Shown: in pieces, positions 57,860 to 63,566 of the stretch
How positions within the stretch are numbered: the stretch's first letter is position 1
Layout of the letters: each line of letters opens with the position of its first letter
Virus record (IMG/VR): IMGVR_UViG_3300010998_000026
Span: 1-64,000 of that record
Source: a virus
Taxonomy: Duplodnaviria > Caudoviricetes
Length of the DNA stretch: 64,000 bases
Strand: one strand, 5' to 3'
Made by a program: the position numbers and the translations under genes
The notes under the pieces: generated by a model
The model's input: only the letters and a program-made list of their open reading frames with translations
What the model was told of the DNA's origin: nothing
The model's database searches: none

Positions 57860-58096
57860 ATGACTGAGACTCAAATAAAAGAAAAAAGGAAGAATGGAAG
57901 AGATGCGCCACAAGACAGAGTCCCACGTGACGAATTACTATATCCCACGAAGGAGACATCATTCGATCCTCCTGTTCGCTCTATACTTGATCGTGTGCCT
58001 AATTCGAGTAAGCCAGTAAAGTATAAGTGCCTAGACCCTGATTATGTTAAATACAAGCGTAGTATTATAACTGGAACTCAAATAAAAGAAGAATAA
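57860..58096 (+). CDS. Possible small basic protein with repeated T.TQIKE motif
   Basis: ORF track; weak RBS; could be non-coding. Confidence 0.35.
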   Translation: MTETQIKEKRKNGRDAPQDRVPRDELLYPTKETSFDPPVRSILDRVPNSSKPVKYKCLDPDYVKYKRSIITGTQIKEE

Positions 58097-58166
58097 TGCT
58101 CTCTTCTCTTTCTACCCTCGTAAGAGATCACTTTTATATCTAAACCTATTGGGTTAAGTAGGCAAT

Positions 58167-58240
58167 GCGGCATTAGTGTAGTGGTAACACCTTTGCCCTC
58201 CAAGCAAATTTCGCCCGTTCAAATCGGGTATGCCGCTCCA
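58167..58240 (+). tRNA. tRNA-Gly(TCC)
   Basis: TTTGC-CCTCCAA-GCAAA; TCCA. Confidence 0.9.
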
Positions 58241-58245
58241 AGCCG

Positions 58246-58321
58246 AGATACGTCAGCAATTTTTCTTCTCAAGCGGTATTTTGAAGCACCGGGTCGGCTC
58301 CGGGAAGATAAGCGTATCTAG
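58246..58321 (+). ncRNA. CAGCAA-scaffold RNA 3
   Basis: Outer stem AGATACG/CGTATCT-AG; shares the GGGT.GGCTCCGG segment with RNA 2. Confidence 0.7.
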
Positions 58322-58400
58322 TTTTAATAGACTTGCCCACGCCTCTTAACAATGCGTACCAGGGGAGCACGTGGCTACGACGGTTAATAGTAGCATTCAT

Positions 58401-58534
58401 GCTGGTGTGGTGGAATGGCAGACACCTCAGACACTCGGTGTCCAGTGACTTTCGCTGGGGCAGCACCAGTGCCGAGTACCATTAAAATCTGATGCTCTTT
58501 GAGCGTGCCGGTTCGAGTCCGGCCACCAGCACCA
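58401..58534 (+). tRNA. tRNA-Leu(TAA) interrupted by a 49-nt insert (58433-58481) in the anticodon loop
   Basis: TCAGA-C[insert]TTAAAA-TCTGA; otherwise canonical type II Leu tRNA with ACCA. Confidence 0.85.
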
Positions 58535-58541
58535 TTTTTGA

Positions 58542-58964
58542 AAATAGGTACTTTCGTAACGAATCAAGGATATGGTAAGAGTGCTGTTTGATGAGCTGTA
58601 CCAAAAGACTTGGGCGTCAAAAGGCAGAAGTTAAATGGTATTGAAAACCAGCCTATTGTTGGCTTGGGTAAGAGGACCCTGTAAGTAGTTGATAGTGGAA
58701 CAATAACCTATGTAAAATAATTAGTGCTACGAAGCCAATCAGCTAAGTCCTTGTGGAGATGTACGCTGAAACAAGAGCAATCAAAAATTCCGAGGAAAAA
58801 TCCTAAGACAGTGTTGAGATTGCTCACGCGGGAAAAGCAGCAGTAGTAAATGGAGTTAGATGAACAGCTAATTATTGTGTAAATAGGTGCAGAATGATGA
58901 ATCTGAGGTAAGGTGAAATCCCTATGCCCGCAATGTTAAATGGAATTTGACGAACAGCCTATTT
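58542..58964 (+). ncRNA. ~420-nt structured ncRNA of unknown family
   Basis: Ends pair (AAATAGGT..TTCGTAA / TTGACGAA..GCCTATTT); no ORF; between two tRNA genes. Confidence 0.5.
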
Positions 58965-58970
58965 ACGTAT

Positions 58971-59050
58971 GGCCCGCTGGCGAAATTGGTTTACGCAGCG
59001 CACTCAAAATGCGTGCCTTCGGGTTCTCAGTTCAAATCTGAGGCGGGCTA
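58971..59050 (+). tRNA. tRNA-Leu(CAA)
   Basis: GCGCA-CTCAAAA-TGCGT; variable arm with TTCG loop. Confidence 0.9.
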
Positions 59051-59054
59051 CTAT

Positions 59055-59127
59055 GTCCAATTGGCGCAACGGCAGACGCGCATGGCTAAGGACCATGTTT
59101 TTGAAGGTTCAAATCCTTTATTGGACA
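59055..59127 (+). tRNA. tRNA-Leu(AAG), A34 anticodon, short variable loop
   Basis: CATGG-CTAAGGA-CCATG; acceptor GTCCAAT/ATTGGAC-A. Confidence 0.8.
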
Positions 59128-59131
59128 TTAT

Positions 59132-59160
59132 TTGACTTTTCTCAAAATCTATGATATAAT
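59132..59160 (+). promoter_or_regulatory. sigmaA-type promoter
   Basis: TTGACT-17-TATAAT. Confidence 0.8.
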
Positions 59161-59191
59161 AAATATATAAAAGGAAGAAAGAGGTAAAAGT

Positions 59192-59506
59192 ATGTCCTGC
59201 GTCTGTGAAAAAAATACTCCTCGTAATGGCCCATATTATCCATTAGGTATTAAAAAACGTATTAAATATGATAAAATTGTAAATTATCATTATGAAGGTC
59301 ATGATGGGCATGGTGGCTATACTTGTGATTATATTCCAGTTGAAACAGAAGCAGAAGTTTATCTAAGAGTAGATTATCCAATACTATATGAAACAAATGG
59401 TGGCGGATATAATAAAAGATTATTTCATTGTCCACTATGTGGACGTTATTTTCCGCCAGTAAGTCAATGGGAAAAAGAACAGGAAAAATATGAATTAAAT
59501 ACTTGA
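59192..59506 (+). CDS. Zinc-ribbon hypothetical protein
   Basis: CVC...HCPLCGR; RBS GAGG. Confidence 0.75.
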   Translation: MSCVCEKNTPRNGPYYPLGIKKRIKYDKIVNYHYEGHDGHGGYTCDYIPVETEAEVYLRVDYPILYETNGGGYNKRLFHCPLCGRYFPPVSQWEKEQEKYELNT

Positions 59507-59531
59507 CTTTCTTCCAAATTTATGTTATAAT
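59503..59531 (+). promoter_or_regulatory. sigmaA-type promoter directly upstream of the large ncRNA
   Basis: TTGACT-17-TATAAT. Confidence 0.8.
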
Positions 59532-59556
59532 AAATATGTAAGAAAGGGAAACAAAG

Positions 59557-60144
59557 AACTCTCTGTTTAGCAATTACGAACCAAGTGAAGATGTGTTAGC
59601 CACACAGCTTGGGCTACCTGGATAACATCGCAGACCTTGATGGGATACTTTCAAGTATGCGACGCGAAACTAGTAATAGTTAGCGATAAGGGAGAAACTC
59701 CAAATGTTAAGGGTAGGCGCCGATTACTTCGCTTGTAAATGCACGATTCCTCACGGCGGCACAATAGAAAGCTAGGTTAAGAGCCAGGCCGAATCCAGAT
59801 AAGGTGTTGGGGTGGTAGCCAATACAACCTCTGGAAATAACCACAAGTCGCTACTGTCGGTGAAAGTCAGAAATGGCATATAAGTGAGGTTTACGGTTGG
59901 AGTAGCTCAAGACAGCAAATGAATATGTTATTAAAAAGAAGCGTTTTAATTCTTTTCATATTGCTGAATGGCTTGGGTGAAACTTGAAGGTAGACAATCC
60001 TTCCTATTCTCGGCGCGAAAGCGCGGCTATTAGATGGTATGAGGTCGCTACTCATGCTACAGCCTAATGGTCAATAGTAGCATAATATACAAGAAGAAGA
60101 TAATTGGTATGGCGAAGGTCACGCTAATTGTTAAACAGAGAGTT
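59557..60144 (+). ncRNA. ~590-nt large ornate ncRNA, probably ROOL
   Basis: 20-bp terminal stem AACTCTCTGTTTAGCAATTA/TAATTGTTAAACAGAGAGTT; internal GAGTAGC/GCTACTC pair; size and phage tRNA-array context match ROOL. Confidence 0.65.
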
Positions 60145-60167
60145 TTCTATACAGAAAGGAGTATTAA

Positions 60168-60506
60168 ATGAATTATATTATTAATCCAATGTGGTTCTAC
60201 TGGCTAAATGTTTGTGATGGTTTTAAAATATTTTTAATTGTATTTTCAGTGCTATATGGTATTAGTATTATAGTTACATTAATTGAATTCGTAGTAGAAA
60301 ATAATAAATTCCCAAAATGGAAAATTATTTTTTACATAATTCCTATAATTTTAATTTTATTAGCAATTTTTATTCCTAATAAAACTACGTTAATTGAGAT
60401 GCAGGTTGCAGAATTAGCTACTAAATCTAATATTGATTATACTATTGAATCAATTAGAGAAATTATTAATTATTTGTTAGAAACAATTAATAATTTTAAT
60501 AGTTGA
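60168..60506 (+). CDS. Membrane protein (2 TM)
   Basis: Hydrophobic segments; RBS AAAGGAG. Confidence 0.75.
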   Translation: MNYIINPMWFYWLNVCDGFKIFLIVFSVLYGISIIVTLIEFVVENNKFPKWKIIFYIIPIILILLAIFIPNKTTLIEMQVAELATKSNIDYTIESIREIINYLLETINNFNS

Positions 60507-60531
60507 CATTGTATAAAATTTATAGTATAAT
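60503..60531 (+). promoter_or_regulatory. sigmaA-type promoter
   Basis: TTGACA-17-TATAAT. Confidence 0.75.
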
Positions 60532-60615
60532 AATATTGCGAGGAGCAGGCGGAAGTACGAAAAGAAGGCCGCAATAATTGTTAAACAAAGTGTCTTTTAT
60601 ATTGAAAGGAGCAAT

Positions 60616-60945
60616 ATGAAAATTTACATTTACGTAGATGATATTCGTGATGATGATACTTATTATAATATGAATCTTTATCCCGAGTGGCGTCTAATCA
60701 TCTGTCGCGATTATAATCAGACTGTACAAGTTCTCACTCAACATCTTACAGATGAAATTTTCATTGACCTTGACCATGATCTTGGTTTTGATGATGATAA
60801 TTATGAATATTCTGGTTATGATATTTGTAAGTTTATTATTCAACACCGAATTCCACTTGCCGGTTTTCACATCCATAGTATGAATCCTGTTGGTGTACAG
60901 AATATGCGGCAACTACTTACCCATTATGGATATAAGGAATATTAA
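60616..60945 (+). CDS. Cyclic-phosphate-processing receiver-domain protein
   Basis: IYVDDIR, IDLDHDLG, SGYDICKFI and HIHSMNPVG motifs. Confidence 0.75.
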   Translation: MKIYIYVDDIRDDDTYYNMNLYPEWRLIICRDYNQTVQVLTQHLTDEIFIDLDHDLGFDDDNYEYSGYDICKFIIQHRIPLAGFHIHSMNPVGVQNMRQLLTHYGYKEY

Positions 60946-60948
60946 TAT

Positions 60949-60977
60949 TTGACTTCTTTCTAAAATTATGTTATAAT
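60949..60977 (+). promoter_or_regulatory. sigmaA-type promoter upstream of the Arg-Sup-Gly tRNA unit
   Basis: TTGACT-17-TATAAT. Confidence 0.8.
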
Positions 60978-61117
60978 AATTATGTTAAGAGCGTGGGACA
61001 TATAGCGGCGACTCTTAACATTAGCTAAACGTGAAGGGAACAAGTTACCTTAGAAGACTTGCACGTCAGTGGACCTGTAACGGGAGGAGAAGGTCGTAAA
61101 TATTCTCCCTCCACTAT

Positions 61118-61193
61118 CTCTCGTTCGTCTAATGGACTAGGACAATAGACTACGGATCTATTAATGAGGGTTCAAATCCTTCACGGGAGACCA
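61118..61193 (+). tRNA. tRNA-Arg(ACG)
   Basis: ATAGA-CTACGGA-TCTAT; ACCA. Confidence 0.9.
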
Positions 61194-61195
61194 TT

Positions 61196-61272
61196 ACGAC
61201 GATTACAGCAAATTTTTATAATAATATAAGCAATAATCTTTTAAATTATGTAGCTAATTTTAAATCGTCGTG
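61196..61272 (+). ncRNA. CAGCAA-scaffold RNA 4 (Lys-UUU-like anticodon stem-loop)
   Basis: Outer stem ACGACGATT/AATCGTCGT; internal ATAAT-CTTTTAA-ATTAT. Confidence 0.7.
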
Positions 61273-61283
61273 TTATTTATTAT

Positions 61284-61378
61284 AGCCCCTTAGCTCAATT
61301 GGTAGAGCACCGGTCTCTAAAACCGTGATATGCCTCTGAAGCAGGTTGTTCTGGGTTCGACTCCCAGAGGGGTTGCCA
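61284..61378 (+). tRNA. Amber suppressor tRNA (anticodon CTA) with a 19-nt extra arm
   Basis: CCGGT-CTCTAAA-ACCG; acceptor AGCCCCT/AGGGGTT-GCCA; T arm CTGGG-TTCGACT-CCCAG. Confidence 0.9.
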
Positions 61379-61383
61379 TAGTT

Positions 61384-61461
61384 TAGACCATTACAGCAAT
61401 TATTTAATGAATTAAAGAAAATATTTTTGCTACAAATCCTTTCTCAAATTAAATGGTCTAG
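61384..61461 (+). ncRNA. CAGCAA-scaffold RNA 5 (Ser-GCU-like anticodon stem-loop)
   Basis: Outer stem TAGACCATT/AATGGTCTA; internal ATTT-TTGCTAC-AAAT. Confidence 0.7.
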
Positions 61462-61467
61462 TTTTAT

Positions 61468-61538
61468 GCGGCTATAGTGTAGCGGTAACATTGATGCTTG
61501 CCATGCATCCATCACCAGTTCGAGCCTGGTTAGCCGCT
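61468..61538 (+). tRNA. tRNA-Gly(GCC)
   Basis: GATGC-TTGCCAT-GCATC. Confidence 0.9.
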
Positions 61539-61547
61539 TTAAAATTG

Positions 61548-61577
61548 AATAACTAGGAATAATTTCCTAGTTATTTT
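61548..61577 (+). terminator. Probable intrinsic terminator
   Basis: AATAACTAGGAA-TAAT-TTCCTAGTTATT plus T. Confidence 0.65.
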
Positions 61578-61594
61578 GTTTCTAAGGAGATTTT

Positions 61595-61837
61595 ATGCGA
61601 AAAGGTAGGCAAATTGATCATAATTGGGATATACGAAGATATAAAGGTGATTGTGCCTTTTATGCCTATTGTAAATGTGGATTTTATTATCCTTGTCATA
61701 AAATATCTCATAGTACAGATATTTTTAAAACAGAAATTGACTTAAATAAAATATATCATTATTGTCCCAATTGCGGCGCACATAAAAAATGGTATAATGA
61801 TATTCCAAGAAAAATTAATAAATTTCAATGGGAATAA
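61595..61837 (+). CDS. Zinc-ribbon hypothetical protein
   Basis: CKCG...YCPNCG; RBS AAGGAG. Confidence 0.75.
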   Translation: MRKGRQIDHNWDIRRYKGDCAFYAYCKCGFYYPCHKISHSTDIFKTEIDLNKIYHYCPNCGAHKKWYNDIPRKINKFQWE

Positions 61838-61841
61838 TTAA

Positions 61842-61870
61842 TTGACATTATATTAAAATTATGTTATAAT
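61842..61870 (+). promoter_or_regulatory. sigmaA-type promoter
   Basis: TTGACA-17-TATAAT. Confidence 0.8.
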
Positions 61871-61895
61871 AAATATGTTGAAAGGGGAGAAAAAG

Positions 61896-62069
61896 ATGAC
61901 TAAGGTTGGAGATAAAGTTAGAATTATCTTTATGTCTGGTGAACCACAGTATACTGGAAAAGAAGGAATTGTTAAATATATTGATGATGCGGGACTAATT
62001 CATGGAACTTGGGGCGGTTGTGCTATTGTCCCAGGTGAAGATGAATGGGAAATTATTAATGGGAAGTGA
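61896..62069 (+). CDS. DUF4314-like small protein
   Basis: VGDKVRIIFM..EPQ..G.EG.V..IDDAG.IH..W...AIVPGED. Confidence 0.7.
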   Translation: MTKVGDKVRIIFMSGEPQYTGKEGIVKYIDDAGLIHGTWGGCAIVPGEDEWEIINGK

Positions 62070-62219
62070 TTGACGCATCAGGGTAGCGTCCGCTGTGGCA
62101 ATCGTCACCGGCCTCGGGCAAACAGAGGTCTATGCGTAAGGGTCATATGAGCATTTTAATTGCACGCACCGAAGGTGGTCCGCACATCACCTGGGGTTCA
62201 AATCCCCCACTTTCCACCA
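62061..62219 (+). ncRNA. 159-nt tRNA-like RNA (G3.U70, A73, CCA) with a ~100-nt internal domain
   Basis: GGGAAGTG/CACTTTCC-ACCA; GACGC/GCGTC D-like arm; GGGG-TTCAAAT-CCCC T arm. Confidence 0.65.
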
Positions 62220-62289
62220 AGGCACGCTGGTTCTGCCTATAAGACCAGTCATCGGGTACAGGTCGATGTAAAATATAATTTGTACGTTA

Positions 62290-62364
62290 GCGGGTATAGC
62301 CAAGCGGTATGGCATCACACTTTTAATGTGAGCACGTTGGGTCCGACTCCCAATACCCGCACCA
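62290..62364 (+). tRNA. tRNA-Lys(TTT)
   Basis: TCACA-CTTTTAA-TGTGA; ACCA. Confidence 0.9.
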
Positions 62365-62367
62365 TAT

Positions 62368-62442
62368 ACCTCACTAGCATAATGGTAGTGCATTTGATTC
62401 TTAATCAAAGTTGTCAGGGTTCAAGTCCCTGGTGAGGTACCA
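62368..62442 (+). tRNA. tRNA-Lys(CTT)
   Basis: TTTGA-TTCTTAA-TCAAA; ACCA. Confidence 0.9.
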
Positions 62443-62539
62443 GTGGCGGCGGCGCCCGTCAGCAGTGTCTGATCAACACAAAACCGACCCATGTGCGTTC
62501 CGCAACTTCACATGTAAAGCTAAAAAAGTTGCGACGCGT

Positions 62540-62615
62540 GCCTTCGTAGCTCAATTGGTAGAGCACTTCTATGGTAAAGAAGAGGTAGTCAGTTCAAATC
62601 TGACCGTAGGCTCCA
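62540..62615 (+). tRNA. tRNA-Thr(GGT)
   Basis: CTTCT-ATGGTAA-AGAAG; TCCA. Confidence 0.9.
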
Positions 62616-62619
62616 ATAT

Positions 62620-62692
62620 GCACGCATAGCTCAGTTGGGAGAGCACCACGTTTACACCGTGGGTGTCGGCGGTTCGAGTCCGTCTGTGTGCA
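62620..62692 (+). tRNA. tRNA-Val(TAC)
   Basis: CCACG-TTTACAC-CGTGG. Confidence 0.9.
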
Positions 62693-62837
62693 TTATTAAA
62701 TATATGACCAACACGCGAACAACCTGTTCTATTTAAAATGCCAGTCTACTTGTTGCCGAAAGTAGTGCGGGAGCGGCAACTCCCAAAAGGTGAAGCGCGG
62801 CCACCATAAGAGTACGCCGGACACCTCGCCCGTTGAG

Positions 62838-62977
62838 GAGGGAAATGTAGAGTAGAAACCCACCATTCTCTACTACCAGAACATAAGGGCATATGGAATG
62901 GTAAATTGTGGGATTTATGGGAATGTGGTGTATGGGCATTGCTTCTTGGTTGAGGTTCGATTCCTCACTTTCCCTCA
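62838..62977 (+). ncRNA. 140-nt tRNA-like RNA with replaced anticodon domain
   Basis: GAGGGAAA/TTTCCCTC-A acceptor; TGAGG-TTCGATT-CCTCA T arm; GTAGAG/CTCTAC arm. Confidence 0.55.
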
Positions 62978-62978
62978 T

Positions 62979-63049
62979 AGGAGTTTAGGATAATAGTAGT
63001 CTACTTGTCTCCAAAACAAGTGGTGGGTGTTCAAATCACTCAACTCCTG
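62979..63049 (+). tRNA. tRNA-Trp(CCA)
   Basis: CTTGT-CTCCAAA-ACAAG. Confidence 0.85.
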
Positions 63050-63056
63050 CTTATAT

Positions 63057-63128
63057 GTGGTCGGTAGTTTAACGGTAAAACCTCGGATTGTGGCTCCGAA
63101 GACGCAGGTTCAACTCCTGTCCTTCCAA
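63057..63128 (+). tRNA. tRNA-His(GTG), acceptor stem with mismatches
   Basis: TCGGA-TTGTGGC-TCCGA; G-1. Confidence 0.8.
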
Positions 63129-63138
63129 TTTTATTTAC

Positions 63139-63214
63139 GCCGAGGTAGCTCAGCAGGAAGAGCAGGAGACTGAAAATCTCCGTGCCGGTGGTTCAATTCC
63201 GCCCCTCGGCACCA
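63139..63214 (+). tRNA. tRNA-Phe(GAA)
   Basis: GGAGA-CTGAAAA-TCTCC; ACCA. Confidence 0.9.
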
Positions 63215-63218
63215 ATAC

Positions 63219-63290
63219 GCGCCGAATACTCGTCGGCCGGGTGAAGCACTGCAAATGCTTTGTTAGTAGGTTCAACTCCTACTCGGCGCT
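63219..63290 (+). tRNA. tRNA-Cys(GCA)
   Basis: AAGCA-CTGCAAA-TGCTT; U73. Confidence 0.85.
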
Positions 63291-63308
63291 TAATAAGGAG
63301 GAATTATT

Positions 63309-63566
63309 ATGTATAATGTGGATAGAATCAATGAATGGAAAGAAAAAATTACTAATCATTTCTTTTATCAATTTTTACAAAATCTAAAAACCGTTGACGA
63401 ACCAAAAATTGGCTCATCCGCGTGGGAAGATGTATTTGAAGCAACTTGTAAACAGGAAGGCGAAGAAGAATTATATAATGAATATCGTGATTTTCCCCCT
63501 GTAGATAAAAATGCTATTTATGAATTTTTACAAATTAAAACAATTGACTTTCGGAGAAAATTGTGA
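63309..63566 (+). CDS. Hypothetical protein
   Basis: RBS AAGGAGG; ORF track. Confidence 0.75.
   Translation: MYNVDRINEWKEKITNHFFYQFLQNLKTVDEPKIGSSAWEDVFEATCKQEGEEELYNEYRDFPPVDKNAIYEFLQIKTIDFRRKL

Noticed and set aside
58433-58481. Group I intron or BHB intron in tRNA-Leu(UAA)
   Set aside because: 49 nt is far too short for a group I core, it does not end in G, and I see no bulge-helix-bulge at the junctions.
58542-58964. Phage RNase P RNA
   Set aside because: GAGGAAAAATCC only loosely resembles GAGGAAAGTCC, and the matching 3' P4 strand was not found.
52179-61461. CAGCAA elements as CRISPR repeats or simple terminators
   Set aside because: They are dispersed, not regularly spaced, stems vary in sequence, loops are 60-110 nt, and the invariant motif lies inside the loop.
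61379-61467. Theta (HDV-like) ribozyme after the suppressor tRNA, as reported in other recoded gut phages
   Set aside because: The downstream sequence is an AU-rich CAGCAA scaffold; I could not fit the nested double pseudoknot by eye. A descriptor search should confirm.
52114-63387. Track ORFs 52114-52410, 53239-53436, 53948-54130, 58269-58466, 58947-59154, 62160-62629, 62733-62978 and 63088-63387
   Set aside because: They overlap tRNAs or structured RNAs and are spurious.
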